From assembly GCA_963794325.1 (NCBI GenBank), contig CAWCDG010000002.1:288001-352000 (forward strand): 64,000 nt of DNA, read 5' to 3'. Shown here piece by piece: positions 19,059 to 28,073 of this stretch (position 1 is the stretch's first letter; every line of letters begins with the position of its first letter). The translations under genes were made by a program, and so were the position numbers. The notes under the pieces were generated by a model. It was not told the origin of the DNA. It did not search any database and saw only the letters and a list, made by a program, of their open reading frames with translations. Source of the DNA: an uncultured delta proteobacterium (lineage in GTDB: Bacteria > Desulfobacterota > Binatia > Binatales > Binataceae).

Positions 19059-20525
19059 TCACTCGCCCGCGCCCGGCGCCGCCGGGCGCGCGGAATCGCG
19101 CGCCGGAGGCTCGTTCGCCGGATGCATCGTGGCGAGGAACGCCACGATCGCGTTGACCTCCGCCGGGCGCAGATTTTTGCCATAGGCCGGCATGTTGCCG
19201 CCGCCTTGAATTATCTGCCGCACGATCTGATCGCGCGTCAGCCGCGTCGCCGTATCGTCGAGCGCAGGACCGCGCATCCCGCCCTCACCGCCGAGCGAAT
19301 GGCAGTTGCGACATTGTTTGCTCTGAACGAGCAGCGCGCCTTGCAGCTCGAGAGGAGTGCGCCCCTTCACGTAGTCGATCGGCGTCGGAGCGCTGCTCCA
19401 CGCGTCCATCACTGGCGACCACGGCGAGAACGTCCCGAGCCAGGTGAGAGTCCCGATCATCGTCACGATCAGAATAACAATCACCACCGAGAAAGGTCGT
19501 CGTCGCCAACTCTTCTCGCCGGTGGGAGAAATGAAGGGGAGGGCGAACAGCAGCCCGATGACGGCGACCGGACCGGTGAGCATCAGAACGGTTTCAGTCC
19601 ACGGCGGCAGCAATGCGAACAGCGAAAATAGCCACAGGAAGAAAAAGTCGGGGCGCGGCACGGTCTGGATGATCGTCGGATCGGGCTGGCCGTTGGGACC
19701 GATCGGGCCGGCGATAGCGGCGACCACCAGCAGGCTCAGGATAATCAGTCCTGCGAAGACCAGATCCTTCTGCGCCGCGTACGGCATGAAAGGCTCGCCG
19801 TCTTTATGTACTAGCTCCTGGTATTGCTGCAAGTAGGTATCACGTCTGACTATTCGTCCGGGCATCGGCCATTCGTTAATGCCTAATCGCAATACTAAGT
19901 AGAGATGTAGTCCGACAAATGCGATTAGCAGGCCGGGAATCACGAACACGTGCAGCGTGAAGAATCGCGATAAGGTTTCGCCGGCGATGATCGGTCCGCC
20001 CAGAATGAGATGCACCACAGCGGCGCCGATGATCGGAGTGCGTCCCGCGATCGACGCGCCGATTCCGAGGCCCCAGTATGCATTCTGATCGAAGCGCAGT
20101 ACCTGGCCGGTGAATGCCATTCCGAGCGTGGACAAGAGCAGCACGCATCCCGCGACCCAGGTGAGTTCGCGCGGAAATTTGTACGCGCCGAACAGGAATA
20201 CCTGGATCATATGCACGAACATCAGGGCGACCATGAAATTCGAGCCCCATCCATGCAGTGCGCGCAAATACCAACCCAGCGGCTGCTGGTAGTTCAGGTA
20301 GATCAAGCTGTCCCACGCGCGATTGGCGGCCGGCGTGTAAACCGTTGCGAGGCAGATGCCGGTGACTACTTGCAGAATGAACACGACCAGCGTCGCGCTG
20401 CCGAAGATGTACCACCAGCTCGCGGAACTGCGCGGCACGGGATGCTCGGCAATCCCGGCGATCGTGCTCCCGATTTGCAGGCGAGCGTCGAGCCATCGCC
20501 AGACTGATTTGAGCACGTCGCTCAT
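19059..20525 (-). CDS. qcrB: cytochrome b of a Rieske/bc complex fused to a C-terminal monoheme cytochrome c
   Basis: RALHGWGS/VHMIQV and TLHVFV/GLHLYL heme ligands, Qo motif PDFF, C-terminal CRNCH...MP. Confidence 0.92.
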   Translation of the reverse strand: MSDVLKSVWRWLDARLQIGSTIAGIAEHPVPRSSASWWYIFGSATLVVFILQVVTGICLATVYTPAANRAWDSLIYLNYQQPLGWYLRALHGWGSNFMVALMFVHMIQVFLFGAYKFPRELTWVAGCVLLLSTLGMAFTGQVLRFDQNAYWGLGIGASIAGRTPIIGAAVVHLILGGPIIAGETLSRFFTLHVFVIPGLLIAFVGLHLYLVLRLGINEWPMPGRIVRRDTYLQQYQELVHKDGEPFMPYAAQKDLVFAGLIILSLLVVAAIAGPIGPNGQPDPTIIQTVPRPDFFFLWLFSLFALLPPWTETVLMLTGPVAVIGLLFALPFISPTGEKSWRRRPFSVVIVILIVTMIGTLTWLGTFSPWSPVMDAWSSAPTPIDYVKGRTPLELQGALLVQSKQCRNCHSLGGEGGMRGPALDDTATRLTRDQIVRQIIQGGGNMPAYGKNLRPAEVNAIVAFLATMHPANEPPARDSARPAAPGAGE

Positions 20526-21052
20526 GCGTGAGGGTTGCCCAGCGTCGGCAGTTCGCCGGCGTAAATCCAGAGTTTGCCGGCTTCGACTTTGTATTTGTAT
20601 TGATAGAGCGCACGCGGCGGAGGTCCCGATGCGTGCCTGCCGTCAGAATAGAATACGCCGCCGTGGCACGGGCACATGAACAAACCGGACTCAGCGAACC
20701 ATCGCACCGGGCATCCCAGGTGAGTGCAGTTGATCGCGAACACCTGGAATTCATTCCCCTCCATGTGGCGCACCCAACACGGGATCTTCGCCGTTTCGCC
20801 GTCCCACGATTTCTTGAATGGATTAATATATTCGGCCAGTCGCGTCTGATTCTCCGGATAGTCAGTCAGCGAGCCGAGCGCTATCCAGTCGAGCCAAGTG
20901 AAACGCCGAGCAGGAGATAGTACGTAGCCGACAATAGGTATCGCGAATAGTGCAATGGCTATTGCGTTAATGACTATTCCGATTCGAAATAGAAAATTGC
21001 GGCGTGTAGTCTTTTCAGCAGTGGGCGCCATCTCAATCTTTTCAGTATCCAT
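20522..21052 (-). CDS. qcrA: Rieske iron-sulfur subunit
   Basis: TAT motif TRRNFL; CTHLGC and CPCHGG boxes. Confidence 0.93.
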   Translation of the reverse strand: MDTEKIEMAPTAEKTTRRNFLFRIGIVINAIAIALFAIPIVGYVLSPARRFTWLDWIALGSLTDYPENQTRLAEYINPFKKSWDGETAKIPCWVRHMEGNEFQVFAINCTHLGCPVRWFAESGLFMCPCHGGVFYSDGRHASGPPPRALYQYKYKVEAGKLWIYAGELPTLGNPHA

Positions 21053-21053
21053 T

Positions 21054-21761
21054 TCAATTGCTCTGGGCCAGGGGTGGCGGGAGACGTTTTGATACGAGCC
21101 ACGCGACCACGTCGGAAACCTGTTCGGGCGTCAGCGGCTGTCCGCCGGCTTCGTTCTTCCAATCGGGATGGCCGAGTTCGGGGCGTCCCGCGATCACGAT
21201 CGTGCGCAAGTATTGATCGCTGACCAGCGCAAGGTAGGAAGCATCGACGATAGAACCAGCCTTCCCACCCTTGCCGTCGGGACCGTGGCACGATTGGCAG
21301 TCGGTCGCATAGACCTGAGCGCCGCGATTCGAATCACCGGCCGCGGAACTGGAGTAAGGCGGCGCGCCCGCGGCGGCATCAGGGGCGCCGGTCCAGCTTT
21401 TTCGAATGCCGGCGATCACGAGGTCGATCTGATGATCTGTGAGCGAACCACCGGCGCTTTGAGCGAACGGCGGCATCGCGGTGCTCGGGACGCCGCCTGC
21501 AATGACGCGGCGCATCGCAGCATCGTCGATGAGCGCGAGGTATACGGGATTGTTCATAGCGATTGCGGCGCCGGACTTGCCGTCGGCGCCATGACATCCC
21601 GCGCAATTCTCGCTGTACAGTGTCGCGAAATCAGTTACGCTGGTCGGGCGCAGTGGAAGATCGGCCTGCGTCGGGCGGCCGGACAATCGATCGCATCCGC
21701 CGAGCAGGATTGTCGTCAACGACAAGCTCGCGAAAAGCGATTTTAGCCTGTGCGCGTTCAA
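21054..21761 (-). CDS. diheme cytochrome c lipoprotein
   Basis: TTG start with AAGGA upstream, lipobox LLGGC, CAGCH and CQSCH. Confidence 0.85.
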   Translation of the reverse strand: MNAHRLKSLFASLSLTTILLGGCDRLSGRPTQADLPLRPTSVTDFATLYSENCAGCHGADGKSGAAIAMNNPVYLALIDDAAMRRVIAGGVPSTAMPPFAQSAGGSLTDHQIDLVIAGIRKSWTGAPDAAAGAPPYSSSAAGDSNRGAQVYATDCQSCHGPDGKGGKAGSIVDASYLALVSDQYLRTIVIAGRPELGHPDWKNEAGGQPLTPEQVSDVVAWLVSKRLPPPLAQSN

Positions 21762-21768
21762 CTTGGGG

Positions 21769-22599
21769 TTAGTCCTTGCGCTCTTCTGCGAGGCCCGGCG
21801 CCTCGATCCCGGTGCGAACGGCGAACGGGAGATGTTGCAGCGTATGGACGCGTTCCGTCTGGTTGACGACGAATCCGGCGACCGCGCCGAATGCAATTTG
21901 GCACAGGATGAACCATCGCCACTCGATGCGAGAGTCGAGCAGCGGGTTGATCACGTTCAGCGACGACCACAGCAGGCCGGTCCACAAAAGTGGCGCGACG
22001 ATCGCGGCCCAGAATGCCGGGTAGCGCGGGAACATCGGCAGCATCACGCCGTAGAGCAATCCGACCAGGATCGAGGCGGAGGCGTGAATGACCAGCGCGA
22101 CGATGAATGCTTGCGGGATGAAAGATGACAGCGTCGCGGTGTCGGCGTGCGCGAGATTCGCCATCGCAGTCGCGGCGAGAATGTTGATCGTGTACCAGGG
22201 ACTGCCGTGGAAGGCGATTCCCTGAATCACCGCGAGAACCGCCATCGCCAAACCTCCCGCGATACCTCCTTTGATTCCGGCTGAGTAAGGATAAATTTCC
22301 AGCGGAAGGACGGCCCGATTGCCCAACTCGCCGACTTGCAGATAGTCGACGCCAATTTTCGCCGGGACGATGGCTTCCGCGGCAGGCTCGACGCGAACCG
22401 CCTCGCGATGCTCGACCGGCAGCACCTCGCGAAACCATCCTACGGCGCCCGCTATCGTAAGTACGAAGCCGACCAGGCTGACTGCGATGTTGGTAACGAG
22501 GCCCGCGAATGAGAGCGTCAGGCCCAGCGCAAAGATCATCGGCCATGCGGTTGGTGCGGGTGCTTCGATTACCCTGTCGGCGCTTTCTTGAATAGCCAT
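21769..22599 (-). CDS. multi-pass membrane protein of the oxidase operon (N-terminus resembles subunit IV/CtaF)
   Basis: PAPTAWP plus two TM segments, followed by about four more; embedded in the operon. Confidence 0.7.
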   Translation of the reverse strand: MAIQESADRVIEAPAPTAWPMIFALGLTLSFAGLVTNIAVSLVGFVLTIAGAVGWFREVLPVEHREAVRVEPAAEAIVPAKIGVDYLQVGELGNRAVLPLEIYPYSAGIKGGIAGGLAMAVLAVIQGIAFHGSPWYTINILAATAMANLAHADTATLSSFIPQAFIVALVIHASASILVGLLYGVMLPMFPRYPAFWAAIVAPLLWTGLLWSSLNVINPLLDSRIEWRWFILCQIAFGAVAGFVVNQTERVHTLQHLPFAVRTGIEAPGLAEERKD

Positions 22600-22608
22600 T
22601 CGGTTAGC

Positions 22609-23211
22609 TCATCGACCGATCACGTACACTGTCAGGAATACTATTACCCACACCGCATCCACGAAGTGCCAATACCAGGAGAGAACTTCGGTGCGCTCGA
22701 TGTGCCGGTCGTTCATGTATCCGCACATAGTCAGAATCATCACGAGCAGGATGAGTAGTAGTCCAACCGTGACGTGAAGCGCGTGTAATCCAACCAGTGA
22801 GTAATAGGTAGTGCCGAAAAGATTAGTTCGAATGGTTAATCCTTCGTGATAGATGAGCCGGTACCATTCGAAGGCCGTACCGGTCATGAATTCGGCGCCT
22901 AGCGCGAAGGTGACGAACCACCAGATTGCGAAACTGCGAATCGATCCTGCGCGCAATGCCCGTACTGCGATAACGATCGTGATGCTGCTCGAAAGCAGAC
23001 AGATCGTATTTACGATCGGAAGTGAGAGAACGTCCTTCGGATATGGGCCCGTCAGGCTCTTGCCGAGATAGAAAATGTAGGCGACTACGAAAATCGAGAA
23101 GAACACCGATTCAGTGAGTATCAGCGCGAGGATGCCGGCGCGCCCGCGTTGCTGCAGAGTGCCGCTCCATCGCGCGGTGGATACTGGGATTGTTGTCGAT
23201 GCTGCTGCCAC
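22609..23211 (-). CDS. ctaE: cytochrome c oxidase subunit III
   Basis: ILTESVFF, YYSLVGLHALHV, WYWHFVDAVW. Confidence 0.93.
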   Translation of the reverse strand: MAAASTTIPVSTARWSGTLQQRGRAGILALILTESVFFSIFVVAYIFYLGKSLTGPYPKDVLSLPIVNTICLLSSSITIVIAVRALRAGSIRSFAIWWFVTFALGAEFMTGTAFEWYRLIYHEGLTIRTNLFGTTYYSLVGLHALHVTVGLLLILLVMILTMCGYMNDRHIERTEVLSWYWHFVDAVWVIVFLTVYVIGR

Positions 23212-23227
23212 TAGGATGCGCTCCGGT

Positions 23228-24913
23228 TCATTCGTACTTCCAATCTGGATCTTCGGGATGCTTCAAGTCCCACAGCGGGCGGCGGCTTCGCACCTTCGGT
23301 GGTTCGGCGAAATTGTATTCCGGCGGCGGAGAAGTCGTGGACCATTCCAGCGTCCACGCATCCCAGGGATCGTTGCCGGCAATCTCGCCCGAGCGGAGCG
23401 AGCGGATGACATTGATCACCAGGATGAGCACCGCGACGCCCTGCACCAGCGCTCCGATCGACTCGATCAGATTCAGCGTTTCGAGTCCGCGTCCGGGTTG
23501 ATAGGTGTAGATGCGACGCGGCATCCCGCGCAGCCCGGCAAAGTGCATAGTATCGAAGGTCAAATGGAAGCCGATCAGGAATAGCCAGAAATGCCATTTG
23601 CCTAATGTCTCACTGAGCATTCGCCCAGTAGCCTTTGGGAACCAGTAATAGATAGCGGCGAAATCCATGAAGACGATCGCGCCGACCAGTACATAGTGGA
23701 AATGAGCGACCACGAAGTAAGTATCAGTGACTTGCCAGTCGAACGGCACGACGGCGAGCATGATGCCGGTCAGACCCGCGACGAGAAACTGAAAGAGAAA
23801 TCCCAGGCTGAACAGCATCGGTACCTTGAAGCGAAGTTTCCCGCCCCAGATTGTGCCGAGCCAGTTGAAGATCTTGATGCCGGTCGGTATCCCAACCAGC
23901 ATCGTGGACAAGGCGAAAAATGAATTTCCGGGGGGCGTCATGCCGACCGAGAACATATGATGCGCCCACACGCTCAGGCTGATGAACCCGATCGCGGCTG
24001 AAGCCGCGACCATCACGCTGTAACCGAAAATCACCTTGCGCGAGAAGACCGGGATGATCTCCGAGGCGAAAGCGAAGGCGGGAATTACCAGGATATAAAC
24101 TTCGGGATGTCCGAAGATCCAGAAGAAGTGCTGCCACAAAATGGCAGAGCCGCCCGCCTGAGTGTCGAAGAAGTGCGCGCCGAGAAAGCGGTCCAGTAGT
24201 AACATCGCCTGCGCGGCCGAGAGCGGCGGCAATGCGACCAGCATCATGAATGCGACGACCACCGCCAGCCACACCAGCACCGGCATCTTGCTGAGCGTCA
24301 TCCCTTCGCATCGCATGCAAAAGGCGCTGGTGATTATGTTGATGGCGGTCGCAGTCGTGCCGACACTAGTCAGAAATATACTCAGTATCCAATAGTCAGT
24401 GCTGTTGCCCCGCGAGAACGGCAGCTCGGTGAGCGGTGCGTACGCGAACCATCCGACGTCAGGCGCGCTGCCCGCCCCGTAGAGACCGTCGCCGCCGAGG
24501 TAGCTGAAATAGAGCAGCAGCGCGCCGAAGAACCATAGCCAGAAGCCGAAGGCGTTCAGTCGCGGGAAAGCGAGGTCGCGCGCGCCAATCATCAGCGGCA
24601 CCAGGTAGTTGAAGAAGCCGGTCAGAATCGGCATCCCGACCAGGAAGACCATCGCGGTGCCATGCATGGTGAGCAGTCGATTGAATACCTGCGGCGGCAC
24701 GATGCCGGCGTCGGGGATCGCGAGCTGAAGGCGAATCGTGGCGGCTTGCAGGCCGGCGACCAGGAAGAAGAACAGGCCGCCCGCGATGTACATCAGGCCC
24801 AGGCGCTTGTGATCGACGGTGACGACCCATTCGTGGAGCTTGCCGAGAATCGGCAACGACTGCGCGTCGTCAAGGGCGCCGATTGCGATTCCAGTGTCGA
24901 TGCTTCCCGCCAT
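23228..24913 (-). CDS. ctaD: cytochrome c oxidase subunit I (type A1)
   Basis: TVDHKRLG, TMHGT, GHPEVY, VWAHHMF, VAHFHYV, GMPRR. Confidence 0.96.
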   Translation of the reverse strand: MAGSIDTGIAIGALDDAQSLPILGKLHEWVVTVDHKRLGLMYIAGGLFFFLVAGLQAATIRLQLAIPDAGIVPPQVFNRLLTMHGTAMVFLVGMPILTGFFNYLVPLMIGARDLAFPRLNAFGFWLWFFGALLLYFSYLGGDGLYGAGSAPDVGWFAYAPLTELPFSRGNSTDYWILSIFLTSVGTTATAINIITSAFCMRCEGMTLSKMPVLVWLAVVVAFMMLVALPPLSAAQAMLLLDRFLGAHFFDTQAGGSAILWQHFFWIFGHPEVYILVIPAFAFASEIIPVFSRKVIFGYSVMVAASAAIGFISLSVWAHHMFSVGMTPPGNSFFALSTMLVGIPTGIKIFNWLGTIWGGKLRFKVPMLFSLGFLFQFLVAGLTGIMLAVVPFDWQVTDTYFVVAHFHYVLVGAIVFMDFAAIYYWFPKATGRMLSETLGKWHFWLFLIGFHLTFDTMHFAGLRGMPRRIYTYQPGRGLETLNLIESIGALVQGVAVLILVINVIRSLRSGEIAGNDPWDAWTLEWSTTSPPPEYNFAEPPKVRSRRPLWDLKHPEDPDWKYE

Positions 24914-24929
24914 GCCCAGGCCTCCCCAA

Positions 24930-25974
24930 TCAGCGCAGGGTCGCGAGGTACGCGACGAGATCGTCAAGGTCCTTGTCGCCGAGGTTCATCGCCGGCATCA
25001 GCGCGCCCGGTTTCATGACGCTGGGATCGCTCACCCAGACTTTAAGGTGATCGCGAGTGTTCATCGCGACGCCCGCGCCGATCGTTTCGCGGGTCATCAG
25101 ATGAGTGAGGTCGGGGCCGAAGCGTCCGTCCGCCGCGGTGCCGCGAATCGTATGACAGTTCACGCAGGCCGTGGCCTCGAAGACCTGGCGGCCGTGGACG
25201 ACCGACGGGTCCATCGCCGGCGGCTGCTTCTGCGCAGAGACCCACCGGTCGAAGTCGGCGCGCGGCTCGACGATCACCCGCAGCAGCATCATCGCGTGCT
25301 CGGTGCCGCAATACTCGGCGCATTGTCCGAGGTAGGTTCCCGCGACATGCGGATCGATCCACATCGAGTTCTTCTTGTTGGGGATTAGGTCAGTCTTGCC
25401 GGCGAGGCGAGGCACCCAGAAACTGTGCGCCACGTCGGCGGACTCGAGGTCGAGAAAGGTCGGCGTGGGCTGATTGGGGTCGCTGAGCGGAACGTGAAGC
25501 TCGTTGGCGGTGACGACGCCGAGGGCCGGGATAGCGGAACTCCCACCACCACTGATGCGCGATGACGTGGACGCTGAGCGCATCGGGCGGGCGCGCCGCC
25601 GCCTGCACGGTATATATGGTGCGGGCAGTGACCAGGATGAGCACCAATACAATGAGAACGGGGACCGTCGTCCAGGCGAACTCGATCGGGTTGCTGCCGT
25701 ACACCTGCGGCGGTTCGCGGCCGTCGTCAGTGGGGCGGACGCGGAAACGCACGATGCTGTAGGCGAGCAGGCCGGCGACAATCAGGAAAATCGCGGCCGT
25801 GATCGAGATGACGAAGAATGCGACGGTGTTGATTTCGTGAGCCGGGGTCGAGACGGCATCGAATACGCTGCTCGGAGGAATCTTCGAGTTCGAATCGCCC
25901 ATCCCCCAGTCGTTGGCGAGCGCGGCGGCGGGGGCGCAGCCGATGACGGCAATCGTGAAGCACCAGCGCTGCAT
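24930..25974 (-). pseudogene. ctaC: cytochrome c oxidase subunit II fused to cytochrome c (caa3 type), split by a +1 frameshift near 25523-25530
   Basis: One frame ends ...HQWWWEFRYP; the other continues LGVVTANELHVP...HSFW...CAEYCGTEHAMM (CuA)...CVNCH. Removing 1 nt gives a 347-aa ORF. Start codon uncertain. Confidence 0.9.
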
Positions 25975-26114
25975 AAGTGCGTACAAGATTTTCGCAGCCC
26001 CAACACCGCGCGGCCCCCGAGGCGGCCGCGCAATTGGCAATCTCGATCAGCCCAGATTCGTAGCACAAAACATTTTTTATGACTAAACGCCGCGCCAATG
26101 GCGTAGAAGCCGGA

Positions 26115-27052
26115 CTAGTTTGAGTTGGCGGCGACGATGCCGGTGTTGGCGTGGGGGAGGATCATTACTTCGGACATTTTGGTTTCGGGGTCGAGCCTTA
26201 TGAAGTAGGCGGGGAAGCCGGTTTCGGCTACCGCGACGTTGGTGCGCGCGTCGCAGCCGCATCGCGCGGCCATCCCGTCGTTGATCGCGGCGAGCTTGTC
26301 GAGGCTGAGCGCGGCGATCGGGAGGTTGGCGTCGCTGATAGCAATGCTGAGCGTCGAGTCGGTCAGATGGACGCTCGACGCCAGCGGCGTGCCGGAGACG
26401 GTTGAAGTCTCGACGACCCATTGCGTGAACTCGACTCTTGTTCATCTTGGCGACATTCGGATGATTTTTGCGTGCCTCGGAAATCGCGCTGCCGAGCGAA
26501 CGCTTATTGGCGGCGGAATCGGCGAAGACCTGGTCGTCGGCCAGCGTCCAGATTTCCTTTGACCATCGCGCGAGCATCGGCGGGATCGCCTCCCGGCAAT
26601 CGCTGATAGTCGGTCGCGGCGCGCTCGGCGTCGGCGAGGTCATGCACCTTCAGGGCGGCGTCGACCTCGAGCGCATCCTTGTTGCGCTGGGCCTCGTCGA
26701 TCTGCGCGATAATCGAGTTGCTCTGGCTGCCGGGCTCTTTCGACGCCTCGAGGCATACGCCGCGCTGCTCGGCCAGCGAGTAGGTCGGGCGTCCTATTTT
26801 GAAATCACACAGACAGAGGTCGTCCTTCACTTCGCGGCGCTGACTGTCGCTTAGATCGGAGCGCGCTGACAGAGCGACCAGTTCCTGCCGCGCTGCCGGA
26901 TAATTGGCGGACGCAATCTGGCTACGCGCGGTGCTGAGCGCCGACGGGGCGCATGCGGAGAGCGCGGCGGCGAGGGCGATGGCGGCAATCGCTTGGCCCG
27001 CAATCCGGACGAAAGAGAGGGGCGGAACAGATGTGCGATTTTGGCTCGGCAT
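26115..27052 (-). pseudogene. lipoprotein of unknown function with two +1 frameshifts (near 26579 and 26433)
   Basis: Lipobox LSAC. Frames join as ...LPGGDP/AMLARWSKEIW...KMNKS/EFTQWVVETS...RCGCDAR...NSN*. 938 nt minus 2 gives 312 codons. Confidence 0.65.
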
Positions 27053-27225
27053 AGCTCAATTATGGCAAAGGCGGGAGCCGAATGCCTAACCGCAAAGATG
27101 AGAAAGCGGCGGCCGCTTCAGCGAGTGAGTCACTCGATGTACCGGGACGCGACACGGGCAGTCGCAGATTGGCCCGCACGATTTGCGGAGGGCGGGCTAC
27201 GTCGTCGTTGGGTCGCGTCGTTAGC

Positions 27226-27241
27226 TGGCACGAGTGCTGCA
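27226..27241 (+). promoter_or_regulatory. sigma54 (-24/-12) promoter of the flp/tad locus
   Basis: TGGCACGAGTGCTGCA: GG-N10-GC, one mismatch to TGGCACG-N4-TTGC. Confidence 0.8.
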
Positions 27242-27421
27242 CTTGAACCTCTCAACAGGCACGCAGCTGAAAACCGAACGAAGCGGAGATCGAAGTGGAA
27301 GGACACGGGCTGTCTCAAAGACCAAGTCGATTCGGCAGGCAACAGGAACGGCTGGGATCAACTGTTCGGTTGGCGTGAAAATCGATTGCGCTGACGAAAC
27401 GCGCAAAGGAGGACATCAATA

Positions 27422-27601
27422 ATGAACTACATCAACAAACTCATGGTTCGGGTCCGCGAGAGCAAGACCGGACAGACGATGACTGAGTACGTGCTGATTA
27501 TCGCGGCGATCGCGGTGGCTGGGTACATCGCGTATCAGGGCCTCGAAGGTGGAATCAACACGATCATCTCGAAAGTGACGACAACCCTGACGGGTGCGTA
27601 A
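27422..27601 (+). CDS. flp: Flp pilin 1 (59 aa, absent from the ORF track)
   Basis: AAGGAGG RBS; MNYINKLMVRVRESKTG/QTMTEYVLIIAAIAVAG... with the G|xxxxEY Flp motif. Confidence 0.93.
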   Translation: MNYINKLMVRVRESKTGQTMTEYVLIIAAIAVAGYIAYQGLEGGINTIISKVTTTLTGA

Positions 27602-27664
27602 GCCGTTGGTTTTCGCAACAAGTCGCGAATGCATGAAGCAAACGCGCAAAGGAGGAAATCGACG

Positions 27665-27844
27665 ATGAAGTATTTCGACAAACTCGTCAGTCGATGCCGC
27701 GAAAGCCAATCAGGTCAGACGATGACTGAGTATGTGCTGATTATCGCGGCGATCGCGGTAGCCGGCTACATCGCGTACCAGGGTCTCGAAGGTGGAATCA
27801 ACACGATCATCTCGAACGTGACCTCGACGCTGTCTGGTGCATGA
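27665..27844 (+). CDS. flp: Flp pilin 2 (59 aa)
   Basis: AAGGAGG RBS; MKYFDKLVSRCRESQSG/QTMTEYVLII... Confidence 0.93.
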   Translation: MKYFDKLVSRCRESQSGQTMTEYVLIIAAIAVAGYIAYQGLEGGINTIISNVTSTLSGA

Positions 27845-27886
27845 GGATAGCCCGCAACCCGCGTGACCGAATCGAGTCGCGCGGCG

Positions 27887-27914
27887 AGCGGCGGGGGCCA
27901 GATGCCCCGCCGCT
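27887..27914 (+). terminator. strong hairpin between the pilins and cpaB
   Basis: AGCGGCGGGG/CCCCGCCGCT 10-bp stem with a weak U-tract. Confidence 0.55.
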
Positions 27915-27945
27915 TCAACTTGGGGTTCGAAGCGCCAAGGTAGCC

Positions 27946-27977
27946 GAGGAGAGGGCGGGCACGGCGGCCCGCCCCAC
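27946..27977 (-). repeat. GTAG/GTGG-type REP element
   Basis: Reverse complement GTGGGGCGGGCCGCCGTGCCCGCCCTCTCCTC matches 39219-39250 at 31 of 32 positions. Confidence 0.8.
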
Positions 27978-28073
27978 CGAAACGGGTGTGAGCGAATCGG
28001 CGGCGCGCTGGGGAGCGCGCGAGAGCCGCAGCGAGTCGCACGAGCCGGGGAGTATCGAGAGAGGGGGGCATAG

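Noticed and set aside
25520-25532. Programmed frameshift in ctaC
   Set aside because: No slippery heptamer, and two similar indels nearby point to error or decay
27422-27844. DGR template/variable repeat pair
   Set aside because: Differences are mostly synonymous and not adenine-specific, both copies are intact genes, and no reverse transcriptase is present
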